A stretch of 64,000 bases of DNA from Vitrella brassicaformis CCMP3155 (GCA_001179505.1 CDMY01000322.1:57887-121886); one strand, 5' to 3'; positions 50,273 through 62,341 are shown, numbered from the stretch's first letter. The notes: a model not told the origin generated them from the letters alone. A program made the numbers and translations.

Positions 50273-51371
50273 CTATCTCGCGGGCAGCAGACGCCTCCTA
50301 CTTCTGTCGTCAGGCTGACTCGGCTGCTTCCTACACCTGACTGGCAGTTCCGCGTGCATGTGTGTGTCGCTGGGTGATGGCTCCTCGTCATCAGTGGGTC
50401 CGTCATGGGCAGCAGGACCTTCAGCTGAGGGAGAGGGGTGCGACAGGAGGGACCTGAAGGTGTCACTCAAATACCTGGACGCACACACGCAGGCAGGCAG
50501 CCGCACACGGTGGGCGACTGACTGACTGAGGCAGGCAGCGAACACCCACCGGCCGGATCCACTGAACACCCACCGGCCGGATCCACTCAGGCACACTGAC
50601 CGTTTCAGTCTGTTGTGTGGTCGTCGTGCAGCAGCTGCAGCGGCGGCCTGCGCATCCCTCTCAAAGAGCTCGATGGCCGCGCAGTTGTCGTACACACAGG
50701 TCAGGTCGTCCAATGCATCTTTCTGCGCGTCGCTGAGAGCTGCGGCAGACAGGCATACCCGGCCGGGCAGTCAGTGTTGTGTGTGAGGTGAATGCTGCTG
50801 CGTGGCTGCCTCCTCCGCTCACTCACTGGCATATTCTGATTCACACACGCAGACAGGCGGGGAGGCAGGCAGGGAGGCAGGCAGGCAGGGACAGGTGATC
50901 ACACGAGGCATGCAGCCAGCCATTCACTGGGGTGGATACCTGGGAATTCCCTGAACTGCTTCAGCACGGCCTCCTTCTCTTCCTCCTGACAGCACACAGA
51001 CATACACACACACACACACACACATATACAGACACATCCATCCATCCATCCATCCATCCATCCATTGTTCGGATGCCCTCGATGGTCTGGTCTGCTGTAG
51101 GTTGGTTGCTCACCGTCATCGAACGCCATATGGGCATGGTGGCTGCAGTCCGTCCAAAGAGGAGAGAGTCCGTCACACATGCATACAGTCAGTCACCCTC
51201 ACTCTCCTGCGTGTGGCTGGCTGCGTGCGCACCGTTGACGGTATCACATAGCTTCCTGCCCTCTTCGTCCACCGGCCTGAGCTTCAGCACTCGTTCGCAC
51301 AGCTGGTCCGGTCCCAACTGCGGCTGCGGTGGCGGACGGAACATCTGAGTCAACATCTCTTCAATCCGCAT
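50273..51371 (-). CDS. Possible small multi-exon hypothetical protein
   Basis: Coding-like blocks MRIEEMLTQMFRPPPQPQLGPDQLCERVLKL, EEEKEAVLKQFREFP and LSDAQKDALDDLTCVYDNCAAIELFERDAQ, with (GT)n-CAG acceptors. Exon joins not established. Confidence 0.35.
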
Positions 51372-51488
51372 TCCCACGATGAGTGTGTGGCCTTCCTGTG
51401 AGCCTCTCTGCAGCTGATCTTTGCATTTCCTTCCTTTCACCTCTAAGCTCGCATTTGCCGATCGTTGCAGTGAGGCTTTTTCCCATTT

Positions 51489-51767
51489 CAGGTGGGTGGA
51501 GAGGCGGCCGAGCGACACCGCGACACCCCCAGACGGGCCGAGCGACTTCAGGCCCTTTCTCACTTGATGGGTTTGGCGGCTCGGAAGTCGCTAAAGGCGC
51601 GTGCCACCGTCCACAAGACGCCCGAAGCGACAGCAGAGGCCTTCAAGTGGGACAGGGTGGCAGAGACGGCACGAGTTGCAAGGCTGCGGTATGGCGGCGC
51701 CCGGAGCACCGCCTGTGAGGAGTACATCGCGCAACTGACGGGCCAACAGATCGGGTGGGTGAGCTGA
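51489..51767 (+). pseudogene. Orphan, diverged copy of the C-terminal exon of the RING gene at 62342-63374
   Basis: ATVHKTPEATAEAFKWDR...QQIGWVS* versus ATVHKTPEAIAEAFKWDR...QQIGWVG*. The 3' flanks are also similar. No RING exons seen upstream. Confidence 0.65.
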
Positions 51768-52262
51768 CTCATCAACACGACCTGTTTGTGTGGGTGCGTG
51801 TGTGTCAGACCTGACGTGTCGTTGGATGTGCAGAGTGACGTGTGCGTGTGTGGTATGGTGAATCGACCAGAGCACAACAAGAGCGACGTCACGCGATCTG
51901 AAGGGGGATGCTTGGCCGCGGATGAGGGGGGAAATGAGACTCTGCGGCAGTCGAGACGATCGGATTCGGCATGAACGGATGTGTGTGTGACCTTATGTGA
52001 GGATGCGTCACGCAATGCATTCTTCAAGGATGAGTGTCGGAACATGTCTACACGGGCAGGAAGGCGAGCATGCAGCACACGCCTGGCACCACGGCCACAT
52101 ACATATGAGCACAAAGAGACGGGTATACACATCTTCAGGCACACGCACACAGCAGCTGTATACAAACACATAAGACGGTATACACACATGCGCATAAGCA
52201 TGGGCATGTGGTCCTGCGCCTGCCGACTATCCTACACTCGCCCCGCTCCCCTCCGCCCCTCT

Positions 52263-53292
52263 TCACGTCGATTGTGAGAGCACGATGTCGGCCACCGCAC
52301 TCAGCCACTGCCAGCCATCCGGCTCCTGAACACACACAGACAGAACCAGGAGGGCAACGAAATCAAAACACTCATCTGCACCCCTCCGCCCCCTGGCCCC
52401 TCTGTGCTGACCTGCGGTGTGTAGATCTCCAAACCGACACATGTGAACACATGATCGGCAGCCAGGGTGGCCCATCCGTCCTCGTTCACCTTGCCCACGT
52501 ACGTCTTGTCGTCGGGCAGCTCATCCCTCCACAGCCACTGACAGCAGCTGCGCAGGTCGCCAGCCGGCCGCCCCTCCTTCCCATAGCCCAGCCACACGCG
52601 GCCACCAGCGATGCACAGCTTGCCAGCCCAGCCCTTGTCACCCACCACCGCCCCCTCTGCGCCGGCGACCAACACCCACTGGTCCTCATGCGGCACGGTG
52701 ATCTTGGCGATGCCCTGCTCCTCGAATGGACCACTGATGGAGTAGAAGGTCACGGGGCACCGTGCTGCCTCCACTCCAGTGGGGTCTGCCGGCTGCTTGA
52801 GCTATCCCTCGATGTGGGTGGCGATGGTGTGGCTACCGGTGTCCTTGGCCACCAGCAGCAGGTCGGCCGCCTCGCCCACCTTGGCAACCATGGTCTCGTG
52901 AGCCCAGCCGTCACGCTCACCCCTGACACAGCCGGACGGACAGACAGGAGAGAGATACGATGATAGCATCACAGCCATCTTTGGCTGACCCACTTGTAGA
53001 GCAGCTGGGCGGTCATTCCTATGTCGCGGGTGGTGTCGATGAGGGCCTGCAGGTCATCGGCGGGGAGGATGGGGTCGGCCGGGAGAGTGCTCCACACCTA
53101 AACAGACACACACACACACATCGACATGATGACGTCCGTCCACTTGGTGTGTCGGCCTGACCTGGTAGACCTTCAGTCGCTGGGCTGTGAAGTAGTGGCT
53201 GGCAGCCAGGGTAGCCTGCCGTCCACCACCGGTCGATCCGGTCCTGGTGGCAGATCCCTCCTGGTCGATGCTGCCCACGTATGTCTTGTCGT
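52263..53292 (-). CDS. BTB-BTB-TLDc-TLDc family, copy D (3' part; 5' part lost in the gap)
   Basis: End of TLDc1 (with an insertion ...SATRTGSTGGGRQ...), linker, full TLDc2 and last exon ...VLSQST*. Confidence 0.8.
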
Positions 53293-53592
53293 NNNNNNNN
53301 NNNNNNNNNNNNNNNNNNNNNNNNNNNNNNNNNNNNNNNNNNNNNNNNNNNNNNNNNNNNNNNNNNNNNNNNNNNNNNNNNNNNNNNNNNNNNNNNNNNN
53401 NNNNNNNNNNNNNNNNNNNNNNNNNNNNNNNNNNNNNNNNNNNNNNNNNNNNNNNNNNNNNNNNNNNNNNNNNNNNNNNNNNNNNNNNNNNNNNNNNNNN
53501 NNNNNNNNNNNNNNNNNNNNNNNNNNNNNNNNNNNNNNNNNNNNNNNNNNNNNNNNNNNNNNNNNNNNNNNNNNNNNNNNNNNNNNNNNNNN
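53293..53592. other. Assembly gap (300 N)
   Basis: Run of N; too short to hold the missing 5' half of copy D. Confidence 1.
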
Positions 53593-54058
53593 CTCCCTGG
53601 CACATCGATCGTGTGGCAGCCTTCTGTCACGTAATGGATGTATGCTTCATGCAAGCGATGGAGTGTCGAAACATGACTACACAGGCAGGCGAGCATGCAG
53701 CACACCCGTGACCCCACGGCCACACACATGAACCAAACAAGAAGGTGATGAATGAAAAAGGCAGATATACACACATCAACGCCTACGCAGCATTTGTATA
53801 CAGACAGCGTCACATCGAAGACAATACATCCGAAGCGGAAGGAACGGGCCATCGATGCACTCGCTCCTCCGCCTGCCGACTATCCTAATGCACTCACTGG
53901 CTACTCTCTCCGCTCCCCTCCGCCCCTCCACAGACAGCTCTCATGTCGATTGTGAGAGCACTATGTCGGCCACCGCACTCAGCCACTGCCAGCCATCCGG
54001 CACCTGAACACACACAGATACAACCAGGAGGGCAACGGAATCCAAACACTCATCTGCA
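53593..54058. repeat. Segment X, copy 2
   Basis: Matches 48808-49273. Confidence 0.92.
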
Positions 54059-55690
54059 CCCCTCCGCCCCCTGGCCCTTTCTGACCTGCAGTGTGTAGAT
54101 CTCCAAATCGACACATGTGAAGAGGTGGCTGGCAGCTAAGGTGGCCCGCCGTCCATCACCGATGAAGGTCCCCACGTATGTCTTGTCGTCGGGCAGCTCA
54201 TCCCTCTCTACCCACTGGAGGCAGCGGCGGAGGTCGCCAGCCGGCCCACCCTTGCCAATCCCCAGCCACAGGCGCCCGCAACCAATGGCCACCTTGCCGC
54301 CCCCGCCCTTGTTGCCCACCACCGCCCCGTCTACGCCGGCGACCTCCACCCACTGCTCGTGCGGCACGGTGATCTTGGTGATGCCCGGCTCCTCAAATGG
54401 ACCACTGATGGAGTAGAAGGTCATGGGGCAGCGTGTTCTCTCCACTGCAGTGGGGTCGGCTGGCTACTTGAGCTGTCCCTCGATGTGGCAGGCGAAGGTG
54501 TTGCTGCCGGTGTCCTTGGCCACCAGCAGCATGTCGGCCGCCTCGCCCACCTTGGCCACCATGGTCTCGTGGGCCCAGCCGTCACGCTCGCCCCTGACAC
54601 AGCCGGACAGACAGGAGAGAGATACGATGATAGCATCACAGCCGGCGGCTCGTCATCTTTGGGTGACCCACTTGTAGAGCAGCTGTGCGGCCATGCCTAT
54701 GTCGCGGGTGGTGTCGATGAGGGCCTGCAGGTCATCGGCGGGGAGGATGGGGTCGGCCGGGAGAGTGCTCCACACCTAAACAGACACACACACACACACG
54801 TGGACATGATGACGTCCGTCCACTCGATGTGTCGGCCTGACCTGGTAGACTTCCAGTCGCTGGGCGGTGAAGGAGTGACTGTCGGCCAAAGTGGCCCGTC
54901 CGTCCTCGTCGATGCTGCCCACGTACGTCTTGTCGTCGGGCAGCTCATCCTTTTTTACCAACTGTCGGCAGCTGCGGAGGTCGCGCCGCCCATCCTCCCC
55001 ATAGCCCAGCCACAGGCGGCCCCCACCGATGACCACCTTGCCAGCCCCGCCCTTGTCGCCCACAACCGCCCCCTCTGTGCCGGCGACCGTTACCCGCTGT
55101 CTGTCGTGCGGCAGGGTGATCTTGGCGATACCCTGCTGCTCGAATGGCCCACTGATGGAGTAGAAGGTCACGGGGCTGCCGGTGAGCAGCGTCGATGTGG
55201 GGTCAGCCGGGGGGATGAGGGGGCCGTCGGTGTGGCAGGCGATGGTGTGCTGCTTCTCGTCCTCGATGACGAACAGCAGGCCGCTCACACACCCGCCACT
55301 CGCTCTACCAGAGTGCCAAACTCTCCACCGTCAGACGAACTCCTGACACACAAAGGCATCCAAATCAACACATGGCATCTCCCTCCCACGCCCCTCTGTT
55401 GTGTGTTGTGATTCACTTGAAGAGGCATTTGATGTGGCTGTGCGATTTGCCGATCATCGAGAGGTACACCGGCTCCATGAGGCCGTACATGTCACAGGCA
55501 TACAGCAGCTCGTCAGGCCAACTGCTCGTCGGCAGCGGCGTGGCGGCGTCGGGGGCCAACCAAATGCGACGAACGTAATCCACCACCCTGCACACACCAC
55601 ACACATGGAGATTTCGTGTGCCGCCTGGCTGCTGTGGTGTGTAACTTGTGGAAGGTGTCTGCCGACACATCCGCGACGGGCCCATACCTG

Positions 55691-55722
<32 letters not shown>

Positions 55723-56338
55723 GTCCCCAAGATGACCACCAGGCCATCTCATCTCCGCCTGTAGACCTACTTGATGAATCGGTCGTGCAGTATGCTGTAG
55801 TCGGCCAGTGTCGCGTCGGTCGTGGCCACCACACCGCCATCCGCCACACGCACACTCAGCACCTCACTGCCGCCCGTCCCGCCCGCCACCGATGAGCTGA
55901 TGAAGGGCCCCATGACGGCCATGAAGCCACGGAACGCCTCGCTGTCGTGGTCACCGTGTTGCGGCTCGATGGTGACGGCCGTCTTGGCGAAGAATCGGTC
56001 GTGGTAGAAGGCCAGTGCGGGGCAGCCCTCGATGATCCCACTCACGTCGATGCGGCTGCAGCTCAGGTGCCGAAGCTTCACAGCCAACCTGAACACACAC
56101 GGCGAGTGCTGCTGCCTGTCAGCCATCGTGTTGCTTCCCTCCCTCCCCCTCACCAGATGAAGTAGAAGGGGTCGGCGTCAATGAAGTGAATGCGATTGTC
56201 GTCTGTGATCATCCAGCTGTCGAAGCGGTTCAGCAGCACCGCCAGGCAGGTGTCCCGCAGCCCCTCGCACAGCAGCACATCCCGAGGGAACGCCATGACG
56301 AAACCGCCGGCATTGAGCAGCATCGGCCGGCCGCTCAT
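53941..56338 (-). CDS. BTB-BTB-TLDc-TLDc family, copy C (apparently intact)
   Basis: MSGRPMLLNAGGFVMAFPRD... through both TLDc-like domains to VLSQST*. Intron positions are the same as in copies A and B. Confidence 0.87.
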
Positions 56339-56895
56339 CTCCTCTGCCGGCCTGTCGAGGCTGATGTTGTCTGTCGTGCCTTGATGGTGGCCGACGGGCG
56401 CTTCACGGCGGATGTGATCACTGTGAGGTGCTTCGGTGGCGAGAGAGGAAGGGCGGCAACTTGGCAGGAAACACCAAGAACTCATCAGAAGATCCAACAC
56501 AACATCTCAGCCGATGATGACGCCTCTCACAGGCAGGCTCCCGTCCGCAAAAGACGTCAGCAAGCTGCCGATTTTCACAACTCGCGGATCGACGAGAGAG
56601 AAGAAATGAGGCGAGGCGGACGCAGACACCCCGTGCAGCATCGAGGGGCGACTGAGGTCCCTCATTGTGCATTCTCCGCCTCACCTCGATGAGTTGACTG
56701 GTTAAGAATCCTCCCGTCTGTCCCTTCCTGAGGTAGGCCACGCAGAGAGAAGGCCGATTCGGCGCCGCACTCGTGTGTTGTGTTGTGTGTGTGTTTGCGC
56801 GTCAGGGAGGGACTGTGACCATTGATCTCAAGCGGCCTCAAGAGAAGGCCTTGATTGGAGTTCTCATCGCAGACAGATCAATCAGATCTGCAGCA

Positions 56896-59065
56896 ATGGA
56901 GGACGATAGACAGGTGGGGCGCATCGCGGCACCGCTTGCAATGGATGGCGCATGACACCAGACGGATGTTGGCTGTGGGTGTTGGGTGATCTGTTCAGCT
57001 TAAGCGATCTCGTCATCACAGTGGCACCCCGCCGGCAGTGTCATCATCGCCTGCTGCTGCGGCTGCTGCTGCTGGCGAGAGTAGTGGTGCGAGTGAGATG
57101 GAGCGCGTCCTTTGGCAGCAAATCACTGACGAGGCAAGCCGATGCGCACATACAGAACATACGTCTTTCGACAGACAAATCGGAACCCTCCCTGTCTGTT
57201 TGTGCTGTGGGTGGTTGCAGCCTGGCCTTCCTGTCACCATTGTGGCCTTCCTGCCCCTCTACCTGTTGGTGCAGGTGTCCCAGCACATCTACCGGCAGGC
57301 GTCTCGCCAGCAGCACCACCTCACCATCAGCTGCGGCACCCGAGAGGAGCGGTCGGTTTGGCAGCGCATCCCCGTCCCTCTCGTCACCCAGCTGGGGGCG
57401 CTGCTCACCAGCCTCACGTCAATCACCCTCCGGCACCCCATGGCCACCGCTCGGTGGTGTTTGGACGTGCTGGTGGCCATGGTAGAGGGGCAGCAGGGCG
57501 GGACCCTGCAGACCATCACCATCGAAGGTGGGGTTCGGCTGACCGGCGCGGAGATGCAGACCGTCGCAAGGACTCATCCAGCCCTCCCCGCTCCTCTCGA
57601 CCCGCCCCCCACCCTCCGCGCACTCACCACCCTCAAGGGCCTGACGGGCGACCATCAGGGGCTGATCGAGGGCCGCTGGCTGATGCCCTCCCTCGCCATA
57701 GTGCAGCAAGGGGGGGAGCGCCCCGACAGTCTGGGCCGACTCATTAGCTCGTCCCGCTTGCTGCGGCGTGTGGACGGCAGCTTTGACGGTGAGGAGTGGG
57801 CGGTTGTGTTTGAGCGCATCCCTGCGGCACCTGCTGGGCAGCAGGGAGGGACACTTGCACAGCTAGAGCGCACCGGCACCATCGTGGTGCAAGGTGACAA
57901 TTCGGCGGGCGTCGACCGGCTTCAGGTGACAACAAAGAAGGCACATGGGCAGCAGGCGTGTGTGGGGTGAGTCATGATCTGTGTCCCTTCTTGGTTGCCT
58001 GCAGGAAGTGCTCGTGTGGCGTGGCTGCCGAGGGGTGCTGAAGCAGCTGCACGTGCGCTTCCGTGGCGGATACCGCATCGGCCGCCCCACGCTGCCCGTG
58101 CTGCTGTCCCTGAGCCGACTGGTCGGCAGGTGCTGCCAGCCAGGCGCCCAACTCATACTCACCACCACCGGCCCTTCCGAGTTCGACCTCTCTGCTTTGT
58201 ACGCCGACGACCTCCCCACCCACCCCTCATCCCCATTCAAGAGCATGCTCCAGCAGCTGGCACAGCAGGTCTCGTGTGTCAAGTACGTCTTCACGCAGCA
58301 GAGCCTCACCGACCCGCACGCCAGCCCCAGCCAAGCGGCCGTCGACATGGCATCCAGCCTCTCATTCGACAAGGCCAATAAGGTGGTCGTCGAGAACGCG
58401 CCTGACTTCAACCCCCCGGCCAACGCCCCATCGCCGCACCCCACCATCGTCACCCACTTGCAGCCCTTGCACGCCGTAGCGCTGCATGTCCGCAGCAAGC
58501 TGGGTGGCTGTGCGGCCCGGCTGTTTGGCGCCAAGATGCCCAAGAAGGTGCGGTGGGTGGACATCGACATTCGGTTGGGCAGACAGGAGCAGGTGGGCGT
58601 GTTGACGGCGCTGGGGAGGGAGAGGGAGGTGGGGACGGTGGGGGACGTCGACATCGACCAGCTCCAGCTGGTGGGGGCGGCCAACAGTTTGCCGACCATC
58701 AAGGAACTATATGCCACCACGAGACGTAGGCAAGCCGGGAGGGAGGAAAGGGCACTGTGTCCTTCCATCCATTCTCAGTCCTGCCTGCCTGCCTGCCTGG
58801 CTGCCTTGTGTGTGTGCCCTCCTCTTCAGTGCCCGATGGTGTGCAGGATGCGGGCAGCTTCGTCCGCACCGTCCTCTCATCGCTGATCTCCCACGTCAGG
58901 GGCCTGCGGTCTGTGGGCCTGACGGTTCTCAAGACCACAAGCGCGCAGCATGCTGCCATCAGGACCTCCCTCGTCGGCACCGACATCGACGGCTTCAGCA
59001 TCACTCACGTCCGCTATGACCGCTTGATGCGGTCAACGACCATGACTGCTGTGCGCAACGCGTGA
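56896..59065 (+). CDS. Lineage-specific hypothetical protein family, copy 1
   Basis: Exon 1 MEDDRQ splices to LKRSRHHSG...; then QVSQHIYRQASRQQHHLTISC, GTLQTITIEGGVRLT, LMPSLAIVQQGG, LGRLISSSR, MPKKVRWV, ...TAVRNA*. Confidence 0.75.
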
Positions 59066-59720
59066 AGGTGTGCGAGGGAATGGCACTCACAGTGGATAAG
59101 AAGGTGGTCTGATTGGTGACCGTCTTCGTGTTCGCCCGCTCGGGGTGTGTGTGTGTGTGTGTGGTGTGTGTGTGTGTATGTCAGGCTGGTGATGTGTTGG
59201 CAGATCTGTTGGCGGATCTTTCTAAGCCAACGATATCCACATGCTGCATAGCAGAGCATAGCGTAGCATGGCTGCGTGGGACGCGTGTGTGTGTGTATGT
59301 GTTTGTTGGTGACTGACTCAGCGGCTGCACAGACTGACGGGCGGGGCCTGCCTGATGAATGAAGTTTGGCAGAGAGGGAATTCATGAGCACGTCATGAGT
59401 GTGGATCAACGTGCCATGCCGACAGAGGTTTCTCGACGGATTGGAAACACTTTGTCAGGCACTGAATAAACACCAACACTCAGTCAGGCAGGCAGGCAGA
59501 GGCGTCTCCTCCGGACACCATCAAGAATGTCGTCAGCTAAGAAATGTCCCACAGCCCCTCCCCTCTGCTATGAAAGATCCACCACACACAATACTCGACC
59601 TGACAGACACCACCAACACACACACACACACACACAGAGCGAGAGAGAGAGCAAACGCGAACACGGTCACATGTGATCATACAAACTTCGTGTGAATGAG
59701 TGCCATTCCCTCACACACCT

Positions 59721-61897
59721 TCAGGCGTTGCGAATTGCAGTCATGATCGTGCAGTACTCCCCCCTAAAGTGCTGGTGGTGTCTGATTGTGAAGCCCCCGA
59801 TGTTGGCGCCGTCAGGGATGGAGGCCTCAATGGAATCATACTGCTCAGCTGTCGTGTCGACCGTCAGAGTCACGCACTGCAGTCCCCTGACGTGGGTGAT
59901 TTGATCGATCGCCAATGAAAGGCCGGTGCGGACGGCGCCGCCGGCATCCTGCACACCAGCAGGCACTGAGAGAGGGAACATACACAAAGGCAGAGATGAG
60001 AGCGGGGGGAAGGACACAGTGCCCTCTTCTCTCGGCGTACGTGTCAAATCGAAGTCAAGTGCCCTGATCGTCGGCAATCCATCGGCCGCCCCCACCAGCT
60101 GCTCGACACCGACCTCCCCCATCCACACCGTATTCACCTCTCTCTCACTTCCCAGCGCCGTCAACACACCCACCTTTTCCTCACCCGACAGCGTGTTGAT
60201 GTTCACCTTCACCATCTTCTTGGGCATCTTGTCGGCCAGCAGCCGGGCGGCTGCACCACCCAGCTTGCTCTGGACATGCAGGACTGAGGCTTCGGGAACG
60301 GATTGAGATGGCTGATGATGGCGAGGTGCGGCGATGGGGTGTTGGCCGGGGGATGGAAGCCAGGGGCATTCATGGCGAACACAACGGCAGCCTCGTCGAA
60401 TGAGAGGCTCTTGGCCATCTCGACGGCCGATTCGCTGGGGTTGGTGTGCGGGTCGGTGAGGCCCTGCTGAGTGAAGGTGTAGTGCACCGATGTGGCCTGC
60501 CGTGCCAGCTGCTGAATCATGGTCTGGAGTGAGGGTGAGGGGCGGATGGGGAAGTCGGGGTGGCAGAAGATGGAGAGGTCGAACTCGAGATGGCCGCGGA
60601 TGTGGATGGTGTTTTCATCAAAGATGAGCGGGGCGTCCGGCAGGCAGCACGCGCCGACCAGTCGGTCCAGGGCCAGCAGCACGGGCAAGTTGTGGCGGCT
60701 GATGCTGTAGAGGTCACTAAAGCGCACGTCCAGCCGCTTGAGTGACCGTCGACAGCCACGCGCAACGAGCACTCCCTGAAAGCGACAGAAACAAACACAT
60801 ACAGGAAGGACATCATGAGCAAACCCATACACCCAACCTTTTTTGTGTCGCGTTGTGGTCACCTGAAGCCGCTCGACGCCCGCCGGAGAGTCATTGAAGA
60901 GAAGGATGGTACCGATTTCCTCAAGCTGGGCGAGTGGCCCCCCCTGCTGCCCAGCCGGTGCCGCAGCGATGCGCTCGAACACACTCGCCCACTCCTCACC
61001 GTCAAGTGTACCGTCCACACGCCGCAGCGAGCGGGACGAGCTAATGAGTCGGCCCAGCCTGTCAGCGTCCCATCCCCCCTGCCGCACGGTGGCGAGTGAG
61101 GGCATCAGCCAGCCCCGGTCGGCCAACTGCCGATGGTCGTGTGTCAGGCCGGCGATAGTGCTGAGTGCGTCGAGGGTCGGGGGCGGGTTGAGAGGAGCGG
61201 GGAGGGCTGGATGAGTCCTTGCGACGGTCTGCATCTCCGCGCCGGTCAGCTGAACCGCACCTTCGATGGTGATGGTCTGCAGGGTCCCGCCCTGCTGCCC
61301 CTCTACCATGGCCACCAGCACGTCCAAACACCACCGAGCGGTGGCCATGGGGTGCCGGAGGGTGATTGACGTGAGGCTGGTGAGCAGCGCCCCCAGCTGG
61401 GTGACGAGAGGGACGGGGATGCGCTGCCACACCGACCGCTCCTCGCGGGTGCCGCAGCTGATGGTGAGGTGGTGCTGCTGGCGGGAGGCCTGCTGGTAGA
61501 TGTGCTGGGACACCTGCACCATCAGGTTGATGGGCAGGAAGGCCATCATGAAGCTGAGAAGGCCCTCCTGAAACACAAAGGATATCCATCAGTGTGCGCA
61601 TGCCCTCAGTGCCGTCGGTGGCTGGCTCACTGTGTCGCTGATCTTCTTGCACAAGCATCGTTCCCGGTCGTCCCGTCGCTGCCGCTCCTCGTCACTCTCA
61701 ACACCACCACCACCAGCAGCCGCAGACGAAGATGCAGACGCAGACGCAGACGAAGCCGGCGCGTCCTCACTGTGATGACGAGATCGCTTAACCTGCACCG
61801 ATACACCCAAACACCCACAGCCAACATCCGTCTGGTGTCATGCGCCATCCATTGCAAGCGGTGCCGCGATGCGCCCCACCTGTCTATCGTCCTCCAT
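59721..61897 (-). CDS. Lineage-specific hypothetical protein family, copy 2 (inverted paralog)
   Basis: Same exon 1 MEDDRQ|VKRSRHH, a near-identical middle block, a diverged C-terminal half and the ending ...TAIRNA*. Confidence 0.75.
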
Positions 61898-62214
61898 TGC
61901 TGCAGATCTGATTGATCTGACTGCGATGAGAACTCCAATCAAGGCCTTCTCTTGAGGCCGCTACTTGAGATGAATGCTCACAGTCCCTCGCTGACGCGCA
62001 AACAGACACACACCAAACATGAGAGCGGCGCCGAATTGGCCTTCTCTCTGCGTGGCTACCTCAGGAGGATTCTTAACCGCAGCCTCGAGGCTGCGCGGAG
62101 TGTCCAGGCCGCCCAGTTGCGCCAGATCTCTCCTCTGCACCTCCTGACTGTTGTGATTGCTTCTGGTGGCGCACCTCTTCGGATAATAAGAGGAGGACAT
62201 TAGAACCTGCAGCT

Positions 62215-62298
62215 GGCCACATGGCGCAGTTGGTTAGCGCGTAAGTCTCATAATCCGGAGGCAGCTTAAGGTCGTGAGTTCGAGCCTCACTGTGGCCA
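62215..62298 (+). tRNA. trnM-CAU: tRNA-Met(CAT), elongator type, with a 10-nt intron (62253-62262)
   Basis: Acceptor stem GGCCACA/TGTGGCC+A; D arm GCGC-AGTTGGTTA-GCGC; anticodon stem TAAGT/GCTTA with loop CT-CAT-A|A; T arm GTGAG-TTCGAGC-CTCAC. G1-C72 indicates it is not the initiator. Confidence 0.92.
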
Positions 62299-62310
62299 TT
62301 ATGACCCTTG

Positions 62311-62315
62311 TTTTT
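62311..62315 (+). terminator. Pol III oligo-T terminator
   Basis: TTTTT 13 nt downstream of the tRNA. Confidence 0.7.
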
Positions 62316-62341
62316 GTACCTGACGGACGAAAGCGGCGCAT

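Noticed and set aside
50540-50587. 24-bp exact tandem duplication GAACACCCACCGGCCGGATCCACT x2
   Set aside because: Only two units; ordinary slippage within a poorly supported ORF.
14823-53852. Long ORFs containing X runs
   Set aside because: Artefacts of translating through the 300-N gaps.
29040-55200. Diversity-generating retroelement as the cause of TLDc variability
   Set aside because: Differences include indels and non-adenine changes, there is no invariant template repeat, and no DGR-type RT is present; the only retro fragment is a CRE-like endonuclease end.
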